A stretch of DNA of 64,000 nucleotides from an uncultured Defluviitaleaceae bacterium (GTDB lineage: Bacteria; Bacillota; Clostridia; Lachnospirales; CAYYRV01): positions 17 to 64,016 of the forward strand of contig CAYYRV010000009.1 in assembly GCA_964474135.1 (NCBI GenBank), given 5' to 3'. Both the position numbers and the translations under genes were made by a program. Numbering within the stretch: position 1 is the first letter of the stretch; each line of letters begins with the position of its first letter. The notes under the pieces were generated by a model. It did no database searches. It was not told the DNA's origin and saw nothing but the letters and a program-made list of their open reading frames with translations. Below, piece after piece: positions 23,207-34,025 of this stretch.

Positions 23207-24058
23207 ATGAAAAACGTAAATTTAGACTATATGGACAAATCATTTATGATGAACGCTATTAATGAAGCATCAAGCTTTATATTATCAAAAATTAGCAAGA
23301 AACCTGAAATTGCTTTGGTACTTGGTTCTGGTCTTGGAGAGTTTGCTAATAATATTGAAAATGCTGTTGTTATTAATTTTGAAGAAATTCCATATTTCCC
23401 TAAACCTACTGTTGAGGGTCATGGCGGTAAAATCTTTATTGGTAATATAGAAGGAAAAACTGTTTTAGTTATGCAAGGTAGGTATCATTATTATGAGGGA
23501 TATGATACTCAAACATTAACTTTTCCAATTAGGGTATTTTCTAAATTAGGAATTGAGAGTATAATACTTACTAATGCTTGTGGAGGTATTAATAAACATT
23601 TTAAACCAGGCGATTTAATGATTATTGACGACCATATTTCAAATTTCTGCCCTTCACCTTTAAGAGGAGCTCATTTAGACGAGTTTGGCCCTAGATTTAC
23701 TGATATGAGTAAAGCTTATGATAAAGAATATATTTCTATTGCCGAAAAATGTGCAGATGAACTTAATATTAAGATTCAAAAAGGCGTTTATGCATTTTGG
23801 CATGGTCCAAGCTATGAAACTCCTGCTGAAATTAGGGCTTACATGGCTTTAGGTGCAGATGTTGTTGGTATGTCGACTGTTCCCGAAACAGCAGTAGCCG
23901 TTAACTGTGGAATGAGAGTATTAGGTATATCTTGTATTACTAATATGACTAGTGCTATTTCTAATAGTGTTACAAGTCACGAAGAAGTTATTGAAATGGG
24001 TAAAAAAGGTGCTAAAAAGTTTATTGAACTTATTACATTAATTTTAAAGCAAATTTAA
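23207..24058 (+). CDS. punA: purine-nucleoside phosphorylase (trimeric type)
   Basis: LVLGSGLG, QGRYHYYEG, GPSYETPAE, VGMSTVPE; RBS AAGGAG before ATG 23207. Confidence 0.93.
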   Translation: MKNVNLDYMDKSFMMNAINEASSFILSKISKKPEIALVLGSGLGEFANNIENAVVINFEEIPYFPKPTVEGHGGKIFIGNIEGKTVLVMQGRYHYYEGYDTQTLTFPIRVFSKLGIESIILTNACGGINKHFKPGDLMIIDDHISNFCPSPLRGAHLDEFGPRFTDMSKAYDKEYISIAEKCADELNIKIQKGVYAFWHGPSYETPAEIRAYMALGADVVGMSTVPETAVAVNCGMRVLGISCITNMTSAISNSVTSHEEVIEMGKKGAKKFIELITLILKQI

Positions 24059-24068
24059 AGGAGCATGT

Positions 24069-24734
24069 ATGATGAAAAAAGATATTGCAAAGAAAATAGA
24101 CCATACAATTTTAAAACCAGAGGCTACAGAAACTGCTGTATTAAAACTGTGTAAAGAAGCTTTGGAATATGAGTTTGCCTCTGTTTGTGTAAATCCTTAT
24201 TATGTACCTTTTGTAGCTAAACAACTTGAAGGTAGCAGCGTTAAGACTTGTGCTGTTGTTGGGTTTCCATTAGGTTGCAATCCAACAGAGGTTAAAGCTT
24301 TTGAAACTGAGTGGGTAGTTAAAAATGGTGCTTTAGAAGTTGATATGGTTATTAATATTGGAGCTTTAAAAAATGGAAACTTTGACTATGTTTTAAATGA
24401 TATTAAAGCGGTTGTTGAAGTAGCTAAAAAAACTAATAATAACGCTTTGGTTAAAGTTATTATTGAGGCATGTTTATTGACTGAAGCCGAAAAAGAAAAA
24501 GCTATTAACCTCTGTCTTGAGGCTAATGCGGATTTTGTTAAAACATCTACAGGATTTTCGACAGGAGGAGCAACTGTCGATGATGTGAAACTAATGAGAA
24601 AAATTTCGGCTGATAAGATGCTTGTAAAAGCATCTGGCGGTGTAAAAAATTATGCTGATTTATGCAAAATGGTTGAGGCAGGAGCAGACAGAATAGGCAC
24701 TTCTAACGGTATAGCTATTATTGAAGAAGTATAG
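24069..24734 (+). CDS. deoC: deoxyribose-phosphate aldolase
   Basis: IDHTILKP, VVGFPLG, FVKTSTGF, KASGG, RIGTS. Confidence 0.97.
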   Translation: MMKKDIAKKIDHTILKPEATETAVLKLCKEALEYEFASVCVNPYYVPFVAKQLEGSSVKTCAVVGFPLGCNPTEVKAFETEWVVKNGALEVDMVINIGALKNGNFDYVLNDIKAVVEVAKKTNNNALVKVIIEACLLTEAEKEKAINLCLEANADFVKTSTGFSTGGATVDDVKLMRKISADKMLVKASGGVKNYADLCKMVEAGADRIGTSNGIAIIEEV

Positions 24735-24759
24735 TTGAGGAAGGTGTGTATTCTGAAAT

Positions 24760-25527
24760 ATGAGTAAAAAAGAAGAACGTCATACTATAATTAATGAAAT
24801 TTTAGAAAAAAGAGGGTATATTTCTATTAAAGAGTTAACCGAAAGACTTAATGTTTCTGAAATGACTATTAGGCGTGATATTTCAGAGTTCTCACAACCT
24901 TACACTGTTAATCTTATTAATGGGGTAATTATTAAAGAAAACTTTAACTATGATGAAAAATACGACATAAATGTTGCTGGTACAGCAAATGAAAGACAAA
25001 AAGATAAAATAGGGAAAATGGCTGCATCTTTAGTTAATGATGGTGATATTATAGCTATTGATATTGGTTCAACAACTGAACAAATTGCAAAATATTTACC
25101 TAAGAGTATTGATATTACTGTTATTTGTTATGCACTTAATGTAGTAAACCATGTTAGAAATAATGGTATTACTAAAATAGTTTTTGGCGGAGGAATTTTT
25201 AAAGAAAAGTCACAATCCTTTGAGAGTGAAGAAGCGATTAAGTTAATAAGAAAATATAGGATTAACAAGGCGTTTATTTCTGCTGCCGGTGTATCACCTA
25301 AGCTTGGCATTACATGTGCAAACATGTATGAGGTTGGGTTAAAACAAACACTTATTAAGTCATCACTCGAAAAAATATTAGTTTTTGATTCATCTAAGTA
25401 TCATGTTATCAAACCAGCATATTTTGCTGATATTTCTGAATTTAATACTGTTATAACAGATGAAAATATTACTGCGGAAGCCGTAGAATATTTAGAAAAT
25501 AATGATATTAAGGTTTATAAAGTTTAA
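24760..25527 (+). CDS. deoR: DeoR/GlpR family transcriptional regulator
   Basis: VSEMTIRRD HTH, IDIGSTT, KAFISAAGV, DSSK. Confidence 0.88.
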   Translation: MSKKEERHTIINEILEKRGYISIKELTERLNVSEMTIRRDISEFSQPYTVNLINGVIIKENFNYDEKYDINVAGTANERQKDKIGKMAASLVNDGDIIAIDIGSTTEQIAKYLPKSIDITVICYALNVVNHVRNNGITKIVFGGGIFKEKSQSFESEEAIKLIRKYRINKAFISAAGVSPKLGITCANMYEVGLKQTLIKSSLEKILVFDSSKYHVIKPAYFADISEFNTVITDENITAEAVEYLENNDIKVYKV

Positions 25528-25544
25528 TTAAGGAGAGATATTTT

Positions 25545-26627
25545 ATGAAAAGAATAATTAATAAAGTTGTTTCTTTGGTTTTATTGTCAACTTTAGTTTT
25601 GTCACTTTCAGCTTGTGGTAGCAAAGAAGGTGCAACTGCCGAGGAATCTAATGGATTAAAAGTAGGGATTGTATTAACTACTAGTGGTAAAGGTGATAAA
25701 TCATTTAATGATTCTGCTATTGCGGGATTAGAAAAAGCAAAAGCCGAACTAAATATTACCTACAAAGATATTCAACCAAAAGATGTGGCAGACATTGAAA
25801 AATCTATTGATTTCTTAGCTAAGGAAAAATATGACTTAGTGTTTGCTGTTGGGTTCAATGCTGCTACAGCACTTACAAATGTTGCACCTAAGTATCCCGA
25901 TACAAACTTCGTTATTATTGACCATGATTTTAAAGATGATATTTTGCCTAACTTAAAGTCTTTAGTATTTAAAGAAGAAGAAGGCTCTTTCCTTGCAGGC
26001 GTACTTGCTGCTGAACAATCTGAAACAGGTGTAGTTGGGTTTATCGGTGGTATGGAGTCCCCATTAATTAAAAAATTTGAGGCTGGTTATGCTGCAGGAG
26101 CAAAAGCTGCTAATCCTGAAATTCAAGTATTAAGCACATACGTTAGCTCAGACCCTAGCGGATTTAATAACCCATCAAGAGCAAAAGAAATTGCACTCAA
26201 TATGATTAGTAAAAAAGCCGATATATTGTATCATGCTGCAGGTAGTAGCGGACAAGGTATGATTGATGCTGCTGCTGAGAAAAATGTATTTGCAATTGGT
26301 TGTGATTCTAATCAAAACTGGCTTAAACCTGGTAATGTAATTGCGAGTATGCTTAAAAGAGTTGATAATGCTGTTTTTGATATTGTTGATTTAAGTATTA
26401 AAAATGAAGTTGTTATGGGTGACACTCAAATATTTGGTCTTGATGTTGATGGTGTTCAGCTAACTGATTTATCAGGCTTAACTGTTGAAGAAACTACTGG
26501 TGTTAGCGAAGATGACCAGACTAAAATTAAAGAGTTAAAATCAACTATTACAGATGAAACAAAAGCTTTAATTGAAGATTACAAAAAACAAATTATTGAG
26601 GGAAAAATTGTTGTTCCTGTAGAATAA
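25545..26627 (+). CDS. BMP family nucleoside-binding lipoprotein
   Basis: lipobox LSAC, GDKSFN, EEEGSFLAG, AIGCDSNQ, SMLKRVD. Confidence 0.92.
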   Translation: MKRIINKVVSLVLLSTLVLSLSACGSKEGATAEESNGLKVGIVLTTSGKGDKSFNDSAIAGLEKAKAELNITYKDIQPKDVADIEKSIDFLAKEKYDLVFAVGFNAATALTNVAPKYPDTNFVIIDHDFKDDILPNLKSLVFKEEEGSFLAGVLAAEQSETGVVGFIGGMESPLIKKFEAGYAAGAKAANPEIQVLSTYVSSDPSGFNNPSRAKEIALNMISKKADILYHAAGSSGQGMIDAAAEKNVFAIGCDSNQNWLKPGNVIASMLKRVDNAVFDIVDLSIKNEVVMGDTQIFGLDVDGVQLTDLSGLTVEETTGVSEDDQTKIKELKSTITDETKALIEDYKKQIIEGKIVVPVE

Positions 26628-26684
26628 TTTATATCAAGTTGAATAGGTATGGGCGAGTTTATTTGCAAACATAATTTTATCTTT

Positions 26685-26713
26685 TGCTCCTATAGCATTT
26701 TGCTGTAGGAGCA
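26685..26713 (+). other. intra-operon stem-loop after the substrate-binding gene
   Basis: TGCTCCTATAGCA-TTT-TGCTGTAGGAGCA with no U-tract; likely mRNA-stabilising (inference). Confidence 0.55.
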
Positions 26714-26757
26714 TTCATTAATAAATTGTGTTGTTTGCTTATGGAGGTGGGTAATAC

Positions 26758-28305
26758 GTGGAAAATAATTTGATAATGAAGGGTATAACAAAAAGGTTTC
26801 CCGGTGTTGTCGCTAATGATAATGTTAATATTGAAGCTAGTCCAGGAGAAATTCTTGCTTTAGTTGGAGAAAACGGTGCAGGTAAATCTACTTTAATGAG
26901 TATATTATATGGCCATTATCAACCTGACGAAGGTGAGATTTATATTTTTGGCAAAAAAGAAGACATTAGTTCTCCCAAAAGGGCTATTGAACTAGGTATC
27001 GGAATGGTATTCCAACATTTTATGCTTGTACCAACATTAACTGTTTATGAAAATATTATATTAGGTCTTGAACCAGTTTCAGGTATTATGATTGATAAAC
27101 AGACTGCTATTAAAAAGTGTGAAGAGATTGTTAAAAAGTATGGTTTAAATATTGACGTTACTAAAAAAGTATCAGATTTATCGCTTGGAGTTCAACAAAG
27201 GGTCGAAATTATTAAAGCACTATATAGAAATGCACAAATACTTATTTTAGATGAGCCTACTGCTGTATTAACACCTAATGAGACTGAAGAATTGTTTGCT
27301 AGTCTCAGGGGATTTGCTAATCAAGGTAAAACTATTATCTTTATTACTCATAAACTTAAAGAGGTTATGGCTCTAGCTGATACTATAACAGTACTAAGAA
27401 AAGGTAAAACTGTCGGAACTGTTAAGAAAACAGAAACAAACGAAGAACAAATTGCCCAAATAATGGTTGGTCGTGAAGTTGTTTTGAGAGTAGAAAAGAA
27501 AGAAGCAAATGTTTCTAATGAACTTGTTAAAGTAGACAATTTACATGCTAAGGGTATTGGCAGTTCTGGTGAATTAAAAGGCATTTCGTTTAGTATAAAA
27601 GGTGGAGAAATACTTGGTATTGCTGGTATAGAGGGTAATGGTCAGACTGAACTACTGGAGGTTTTAACTGGACTAAGAAAACCTATTAGTGGTAGTTTTT
27701 CACTTAAAGGAAAAACTTTATCAGGCATTTCGCCAAGAAAGGTTAGAGAAAGTAAAGTTGTGCATATTCCAGAAGATAGGCACAAAAGAGGTTTAATATT
27801 AAACTTTTCTGTTAAAGAAAACTTGATTGCAGGTGTACACTATAAAGACAAGTTCGCCAGTAAAATGGGAGTTTTGAACGAAAGTTCAATTGACAAAAAT
27901 GCAGATTATCTTGTTGATAAGTATGACATTAGGGGCGGGGGCAAGCTTGTAAACGCACGTTCACTATCAGGCGGTAACCAACAGAAAATTATTATTGCTA
28001 GAGAATTCGAACAAGAGCATGACTTCCTTATTGCATCACAGCCTACACGAGGAGTAGACGTAGGAGCAATTGAATTTATTCATAAAAAAATACTGGAATC
28101 AAGAGACAGCGGAAAAGCTGTATTACTAATATCCGCAGACCTTCAAGAAGTTATGTCTTTGTCAGATAGGATTGCTGTTATATATGAGGGCAAGATTGTT
28201 GGTATTGTTGATGCTAAAACTGCTACAGAAACCCAGTTAGGGCTTATGATGTCCGGCTCAAGTGTTGTAGCTAGGGATAAGGAGGTTTTGGCTGATGTCA
28301 ATTAG
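26758..28305 (+). CDS. nucleoside ABC transporter ATPase (NupO-like, tandem NBD)
   Basis: GENGAGKST, ILDEPTAVLTP, LSGGNQQK, SQPTRGVDVGA. Confidence 0.93.
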   Translation: MENNLIMKGITKRFPGVVANDNVNIEASPGEILALVGENGAGKSTLMSILYGHYQPDEGEIYIFGKKEDISSPKRAIELGIGMVFQHFMLVPTLTVYENIILGLEPVSGIMIDKQTAIKKCEEIVKKYGLNIDVTKKVSDLSLGVQQRVEIIKALYRNAQILILDEPTAVLTPNETEELFASLRGFANQGKTIIFITHKLKEVMALADTITVLRKGKTVGTVKKTETNEEQIAQIMVGREVVLRVEKKEANVSNELVKVDNLHAKGIGSSGELKGISFSIKGGEILGIAGIEGNGQTELLEVLTGLRKPISGSFSLKGKTLSGISPRKVRESKVVHIPEDRHKRGLILNFSVKENLIAGVHYKDKFASKMGVLNESSIDKNADYLVDKYDIRGGGKLVNARSLSGGNQQKIIIAREFEQEHDFLIASQPTRGVDVGAIEFIHKKILESRDSGKAVLLISADLQEVMSLSDRIAVIYEGKIVGIVDAKTATETQLGLMMSGSSVVARDKEVLADVN

Positions 28306-29368
28306 AAAATTCAATTTTGACATGTTAAGAGGTTCGTATTCTGCAATTATTTCTGTTGTTATTGCACTCATTATAGGTTCTATCGTTCTTATAATTTCAG
28401 GTATTAATCCTATTGAGGCTTATGCTGCATTAATATATGGTGCCTTTGGAAATTTTTCTTACCTTGGAGATACACTAGCTAGGTCTACACCTATAATATT
28501 TACTGGTCTTGCGATAGGTATTGCTTTTAGGGGTGGCATGTTTAATATTGGTGCAGAAGGTCAGCTTGCTGTAGGTGCTATATGTGCTGCCATTGCCGGG
28601 TATGCATTTAATCTGCCTATGGTATTACATTTACCTATAAGTATTATTTGCGGTATTATCGGAGGAGGATTATGGGCATTAATTCCTGCCGTGCTAAAAG
28701 CTAAAAAGGGTGTTCATGAGGTTATTAGTACAATAATGATGAACTATATTGCTTTAAGTATTGGTGGATATATTATTGAAGCATTAAGAAGAAATGAAAT
28801 GCCACAAACCCCTGATGTTTTAGAATCTTCATACTTAGTTAAACTATCAAGTTTTATTCCTGCTTTTGAAAATTCAAACTTAAATATTGGTTTTTTTATT
28901 GCTATAGCTTGTTCATTATTAGTACATTTTCTTATTAAAAGAACTGTTTTTGGGTATGAAGTTAGAGCTATGGGATTTAACCCTTTAGCTTCAGAAGATG
29001 CTGGAGTTAATATTAGTGGTAAGATTATTTGGGTTATGATGATTAGTGGTGCATTATCTGGTCTTGCTGGTACTGAACGTGTATTGGGCTTACACCATAC
29101 TTATCTTTCTGGCATTTCAACTAATTTTGGGTTTGAAGGTATTGCAGTTGCACTTCTTGCTAATAACAATCCTATAACTATAATATTTTCGGCACTCTTA
29201 TTTGGTGCACTTTCAAGCGGTGGACAATATATGAACCTAGCAGCTGATGTACCTATTGATATCGTAGGTATTATTCAAGGGTTAATTATTTTATTTGCTG
29301 CTATTAGTCAAGCCGGTGAAGTTATTAATCTCTATAAACTTTTTAAAAAGAAAGAGGTGGCTAAATAA
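28295..29368 (+). CDS. nucleoside ABC permease (NupP-like)
   Basis: FNIGAEGQ, HEVISTIMMNY, GFEGIAVALL. Confidence 0.92.
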   Translation: MSIRKFNFDMLRGSYSAIISVVIALIIGSIVLIISGINPIEAYAALIYGAFGNFSYLGDTLARSTPIIFTGLAIGIAFRGGMFNIGAEGQLAVGAICAAIAGYAFNLPMVLHLPISIICGIIGGGLWALIPAVLKAKKGVHEVISTIMMNYIALSIGGYIIEALRRNEMPQTPDVLESSYLVKLSSFIPAFENSNLNIGFFIAIACSLLVHFLIKRTVFGYEVRAMGFNPLASEDAGVNISGKIIWVMMISGALSGLAGTERVLGLHHTYLSGISTNFGFEGIAVALLANNNPITIIFSALLFGALSSGGQYMNLAADVPIDIVGIIQGLIILFAAISQAGEVINLYKLFKKKEVAK

Positions 29369-29369
29369 T

Positions 29370-30269
29370 ATGGAAGCATTTTTTATTAGTTTTATGTATA
29401 TTATTTTGTCAGCTTTAAGAATCCAAACACCACTTACTATTGGTGCACTTGGTGGTATGTATTCTGAAAAGTCAGGTGTTATTAATATCGCTATAGAAGG
29501 GCTTATGCTTATGGGTGCATTTGCTGCAGTTGTTGTATCATATTATACTAAAAATGCATATTTAGGTGTTTTAGGTGCAATCATAACAGGTATGGCATTT
29601 GCATATATTCATGCTGTTGTGTCTATTAAGTTTAAAGGTAATCAAACAATAAGCGGTACTGCTATAAACATTATTGCAGCTGCACTTACTATTTATCTTT
29701 TAAGAATTATATTTCAAACAGAAGGAATTAGTCCCAATGTTACTAAGTTACCTGCTTGGGGATTTGGGGAATTTAAGTTTAATCCTTTAGTATATTGTTC
29801 ATTTTTATTAGTTCCTATATCTTGGTTTGTTATATATAAGACTAAATTTGGATTACATCTAAGAGCAGTAGGAGAACACCCTCAGGCTGCTGATACCATG
29901 GGTATTAAAGTAGAAAATGTAAGGTATATTGCTGTTGTTATTAGCGGTGCACTCTCTGGTCTTGCTGGTGCTTATCTTTCTATAGGAGATGGAGATTCCT
30001 TTGTTAGGTCTATGACTAGCGGTAGAGGATTTATGGCTTTGGCAGTATTGATTATTGGTAAATGGCATCCTGTGTATATAGTTATTGCAGCGTTTTTATT
30101 TGGTCTTGCAGAGGCATTCCAAATTTCTATTTCAAGTGTAATAAATATACCTAATCAGTTTACCGCTATGATACCATACATTTTAACATTGATTGCACTT
30201 GCAGGGCTTATTGGTAAGTCTGTTACACCTGCAGCTATCGGTAAACCTTATAATAAGGGTGAAAGATAA
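29370..30269 (+). CDS. nucleoside ABC permease (NupQ-like)
   Basis: SEKSGVINIAIEG, RAVGEHPQAA, GRGFMALA, PAAIGKPY; start set to ATG 29370. Confidence 0.92.
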   Translation: MEAFFISFMYIILSALRIQTPLTIGALGGMYSEKSGVINIAIEGLMLMGAFAAVVVSYYTKNAYLGVLGAIITGMAFAYIHAVVSIKFKGNQTISGTAINIIAAALTIYLLRIIFQTEGISPNVTKLPAWGFGEFKFNPLVYCSFLLVPISWFVIYKTKFGLHLRAVGEHPQAADTMGIKVENVRYIAVVISGALSGLAGAYLSIGDGDSFVRSMTSGRGFMALAVLIIGKWHPVYIVIAAFLFGLAEAFQISISSVINIPNQFTAMIPYILTLIALAGLIGKSVTPAAIGKPYNKGER

Positions 30270-30292
30270 AATTCGGATTATTAAATTATACT

Positions 30293-30564
30293 AAAGTGAG
30301 TTTGGCACAATAAAACCTGTGTTAAACTCTCTTTGCATTAAATAAGTGAAAAATCTTACGATTTTCGGCTTGTTTCAAAGCCAGTTCGACTACGTCGAAC
30401 TCATTCTAAATAACGTAAGTTCGACGCAATAAAGCTTTGTCGAACTTTTGATAATATTTGCACAAATTTAGCCAAAATCAGGCTAAATTTATGCTCATAA
30501 CGTGAAAAATCTTACGATTTTCGGCTTGTTTCAAAGCCGGTTCGACTACGTCGAACTCACGTTA
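30293..30564. repeat. composite array of family B palindromic repeats incl. 58-bp direct repeat (30346-30403, 30502-30559)
   Basis: GTGAAAAATCTTACGATTTTCGGCTTGTTTCAAAGCCRGTTCGACTACGTCGAACTCA twice (1 mismatch); TAACGTAAGTTCGAC...GTCGAAC unit between. Confidence 0.9.
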
Positions 30565-30594
30565 AATAATAAAAATTTGAGAGTGGGTTATTTT

Positions 30595-31776
30595 ATGAAT
30601 TTTAAGAGGATTTTTGTTATTGTGCTTGACTCTCTAGGAGTCGGAGCTTTACCTGATGCTGATAAATATGACGATATAGGTGCTAATACGTTAAAGCATA
30701 TTTGGGAAACTACAGGCGGCATTAAAATACCTAATTTAATTAAGATGGGCATTGGAAATATTGTAGATTTAGAGAACAGCGAAAAGGTTAATAATGATAA
30801 GTTTTACTATACTAAGCTCAAAGAGGCATCTGTTGGAAAGGATACAATGACAGGTCATTGGGAGATGATGGGTCTTAAAGTTACTAGCCCATTTGTTACA
30901 TTTACTGATACAGGTTTTCCTCAGGAGTTACTTGACGAAATTACTAAAATATCTGGAAGGGGTATTGTTGGAAACAAATCTGCCTCAGGTACAGAAATTA
31001 TTGATGAATATGGAGAACATCAAATTAAAACAGGTGATTTAATTGTCTATACATCTGCGGATTCTGTTTTACAAATCGCTGCAAATGAAGATATTATTCC
31101 TATTGAAGAGTTATGGCGAATTTGTAAAGAAACTCGAAAAATTATGATGAAGGACGATTGGAAAGTTGGTAGAATTATTGCTAGACCTTATGTTGGCAAT
31201 AAAGTTGGTGAATTTATAAGAACATCAAATAGACATGATTATGCTGTTAAGCCTTGCGGAATAACTGTTCTTGACAGAATGAAAAGTAATAATTTTGATG
31301 TCATTAGTGTTGGTAAAATTAATGATATATTTGATACAGAGGGTATAACTAAATCTTATCCAACAAAATCTAATGCTGATGGTATGGATATTATTATTAG
31401 ATTAATGGACGAAGACTTTAACGGATTACTATTTGCTAATCTTGTAGATTTTGATGCTATGTATGGGCATAGGCGTAATGCTAGTGGCTATGGTAAGTGT
31501 CTTGAAGAGTTTGATGTGCAATTAAGTAATGTATTAAGTAAACTAAATGATGATGATTTACTTATTATTACTGCCGACCACGGTACTGACCCTACTTATA
31601 AGGGTAGTGACCACACAAGAGAGTATGTACCTTTATTAATACATTCTACATCATTTAAAAGTTGCGGTTCGCTTCAGATTGGTTCTACGTTTGCTAATAT
31701 AGGTGCTACTATAGCTGAAAATTTTAATATTAAAGATATTGAAAATGGCGAAAGCTATTTAGACTGTTTAAAATAA
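30595..31776 (+). CDS. deoB: phosphopentomutase
   Basis: [58 protein letters not shown]. Confidence 0.96.
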   Translation: MNFKRIFVIVLDSLGVGALPDADKYDDIGANTLKHIWETTGGIKIPNLIKMGIGNIVDLENSEKVNNDKFYYTKLKEASVGKDTMTGHWEMMGLKVTSPFVTFTDTGFPQELLDEITKISGRGIVGNKSASGTEIIDEYGEHQIKTGDLIVYTSADSVLQIAANEDIIPIEELWRICKETRKIMMKDDWKVGRIIARPYVGNKVGEFIRTSNRHDYAVKPCGITVLDRMKSNNFDVISVGKINDIFDTEGITKSYPTKSNADGMDIIIRLMDEDFNGLLFANLVDFDAMYGHRRNASGYGKCLEEFDVQLSNVLSKLNDDDLLIITADHGTDPTYKGSDHTREYVPLLIHSTSFKSCGSLQIGSTFANIGATIAENFNIKDIENGESYLDCLK

Positions 31777-31807
31777 TAATTTTGATAAACATATAAATAA
31801 AGACCTT

Positions 31808-31831
31808 TAGAACCTGTATGAACAGGCTCTA
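31808..31831. repeat. minimal inverted repeat resembling joined family C ends
   Basis: TAGAACCTGT-ATGA-ACAGGCTCTA. Confidence 0.4.
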
Positions 31832-31883
31832 AGATAGCCACTCAATATGTTTTATTTACTAAGCAAACATAATTAAAAACTAG

Positions 31884-31912
31884 TTGACAATTAAATATCT
31901 TTATGATAGATT
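31884..31912 (+). promoter_or_regulatory. sigma-A promoter of the leuA leader
   Basis: TTGACA-N17-TAGATT with extended TG. Confidence 0.65.
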
Positions 31913-31937
31913 ATAAAATATATTGTTAATAAAGTTA

Positions 31938-32225
31938 ATACTGTGATGAGGAATAGTAAGTTTTATGAGGATTTTAGAGAGTTGCTGTTAGGTGAAAAGC
32001 AATATCTAATTAAAACCGAACTCGCCTCGGAGTCGCTTGCTGAAAATTATAGTATTTTTAATACTTTTGTAGGTATAGCCGGAAGTCAACCGTTACTTTG
32101 ACAAGATATCAGCTTTTTATAATTTTAAGCTTGTATCTGTATTGAGTGTGCTTTTTAGCAAACTAGAGTGGTACCACGGAATTCTGCCTTTCGTCTCTTA
32201 TTGAGATGAAAGGCTTTTTTGTTTT
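31938..32225 (+). ncRNA. T-box riboswitch, Leu specifier (CUC)
   Basis: AGTA..., AGAGA, GGTGAAA, specifier GAA-CTC at 32021-32023, T-box AGAGTGGTACCACGG, terminator GCCTTTCGTCTC/GAGATGAAAGGC-T6. Confidence 0.92.
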
Positions 32226-32291
32226 AGTAAACTTTTATCTAGTTAAAAAACTCACTCAATAAATCAAAATAAAAATTTGGAGGTAATTAAA

Positions 32292-33950
32292 ATGAATTTT
32301 AAAAAGTATCGCCCATTTCCTCAAATACAATTAACTAATCGTACATGGGTAAATAAAACAATAACAAAAGCACCTATTTGGTGTAGTGTTGATTTAAGAG
32401 ACGGCAATCAATCCTTGGAAATCCCAATGAATTTAGAACAAAAAATTGATTTTTTTAATTTACTTGTTAAACTTGGTTTTAAGGAGATAGAAATTGGTTT
32501 TCCGGCAGCTTCGGACACAGAATACTTATTTGCAAGAACTTTAATCGAACAAAATTTAATTCCTGATGATGTAACTATTCAAGTTTTAACGCAATCAAGG
32601 GAACATATTATTAGAAGAACTTTTGAAGCATTAGAGGGTGTAAAGAAGGCAGTAGTACATGTGTACAATTCTACTTCCACATTACAAAGAGATGTTGTTT
32701 TCAAGATGAGCCAAAAAGAAATATTAGATATTGCTGTTTCGGGTGCTGAACTTTTAAAAGATTTAGCTGAGGAATACGGAAAGGAAAGGTTTATATTCGA
32801 GTATTCTCCAGAAAGTTTTACAGGAACAGAGCTTGACTATGCTATAGAGGTATGTAATGCTGTTTTAGATGTTTGGAAGCCTACAAGTGAAAATAAAGCA
32901 ATAATAAATTTACCAAGCACAGTTGAAATGTCAACACCAAATATTTACGCAGACCAAATAGAATATATGTGCAATAATATTAATAATCGTGAAAATGTCA
33001 TTATTAGCCTTCATGCCCATAATGACAGAGGTACAGGAGTAGCAGCAACAGAACTTGCATTATTAGCGGGTGCAGACAGAGTAGAAGGAACATTGTTTGG
33101 AAATGGCGAAAGAACCGGAAATACAGATATTTTAACTTTAGCAATGAATATGTACTCACAAGGAATAGAGCCAAAACTTGATTTTTCAAATGTAGACGAC
33201 ATTATAGAAGTATATGAGAAATCTACAGGATTATTTGTACATCCACGTCATCCTTATGCTGGTTCACTTGTTTATACAGCTTTTTCGGGTTCGCATCAAG
33301 ATGCAATAAATAAAGGCATGGCGAGAATGAAAGAGAAAAACCCTGATGTTTGGGAAGTTCCATATCTTCCTATAGACCCTATGGATGTTGGTAGAAACTA
33401 TGACCCGATTATACGAATTAACAGTCAATCTGGAAAGGGCGGAGTTGCATTTATTCTTGAAAAATCTTATGGTATGCATATACCTAAAAAAATGCAACAG
33501 GATTTTGGAGCAATAGTTACCTCTGTTTCGGATACAAAAAATAAAGAGCTTCTTCCAGAACAAATTTATGATTTATTTAAGCAAAATTATATTGATATAG
33601 AAAGTCCTATTTCATTAATAAGTTATAAAGAAAAAAATAATGGAGAAATTAGAGTTAAGTCTGTTATTAAAATTAATGAGGAAGAAAAACAAATTAAAGG
33701 ATTTGGAAATGGTTTACTTGATGCTTTTTGCAATGGATTAATGAATGAGCTAAATATAGAGTTTGAAATTATTAACTATAGTGAACACTCAATGGAGTAT
33801 GGCTCAAAATCAAGAGCAATTACTTATATGGAAATTTCAGATAAAGAAGGTATATCTTATTTTGGTGCAGGTGTGAGCAGTAGTATTACTAAGTCCTCTC
33901 TAAAATCTATTGTAAGCGTTGTTAATAAAATTTTATGTTCAACAAAATAA
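32292..33950 (+). CDS. leuA: 2-isopropylmalate synthase (PIWCSVDLRDGNQ type)
   Basis: SVDLRDGNQ, FEYSPESF, HAHNDRG, AFSGSHQDAI, RINSQSGKGG, regulatory C-terminal domain. Confidence 0.96.
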   Translation: MNFKKYRPFPQIQLTNRTWVNKTITKAPIWCSVDLRDGNQSLEIPMNLEQKIDFFNLLVKLGFKEIEIGFPAASDTEYLFARTLIEQNLIPDDVTIQVLTQSREHIIRRTFEALEGVKKAVVHVYNSTSTLQRDVVFKMSQKEILDIAVSGAELLKDLAEEYGKERFIFEYSPESFTGTELDYAIEVCNAVLDVWKPTSENKAIINLPSTVEMSTPNIYADQIEYMCNNINNRENVIISLHAHNDRGTGVAATELALLAGADRVEGTLFGNGERTGNTDILTLAMNMYSQGIEPKLDFSNVDDIIEVYEKSTGLFVHPRHPYAGSLVYTAFSGSHQDAINKGMARMKEKNPDVWEVPYLPIDPMDVGRNYDPIIRINSQSGKGGVAFILEKSYGMHIPKKMQQDFGAIVTSVSDTKNKELLPEQIYDLFKQNYIDIESPISLISYKEKNNGEIRVKSVIKINEEEKQIKGFGNGLLDAFCNGLMNELNIEFEIINYSEHSMEYGSKSRAITYMEISDKEGISYFGAGVSSSITKSSLKSIVSVVNKILCSTK

Positions 33951-34025
33951 ATACTAATAAAAAGGGGTTAAAAAACTTTTTATAATTAAAGTCTTAAACC
34001 CTTATTTATAGACAATTATACTATA

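Noticed and set aside
30346-30559. possible CRISPR mini-array
   Set aside because: Only two 58-bp units, a 98-bp spacer that is itself made of dispersed repeats, and no cas genes.
30502-30594. N-terminal extension of DeoB
   Set aside because: Translated family B repeat with no RBS; the DeoB-like sequence starts at MNFKRIF (30595).
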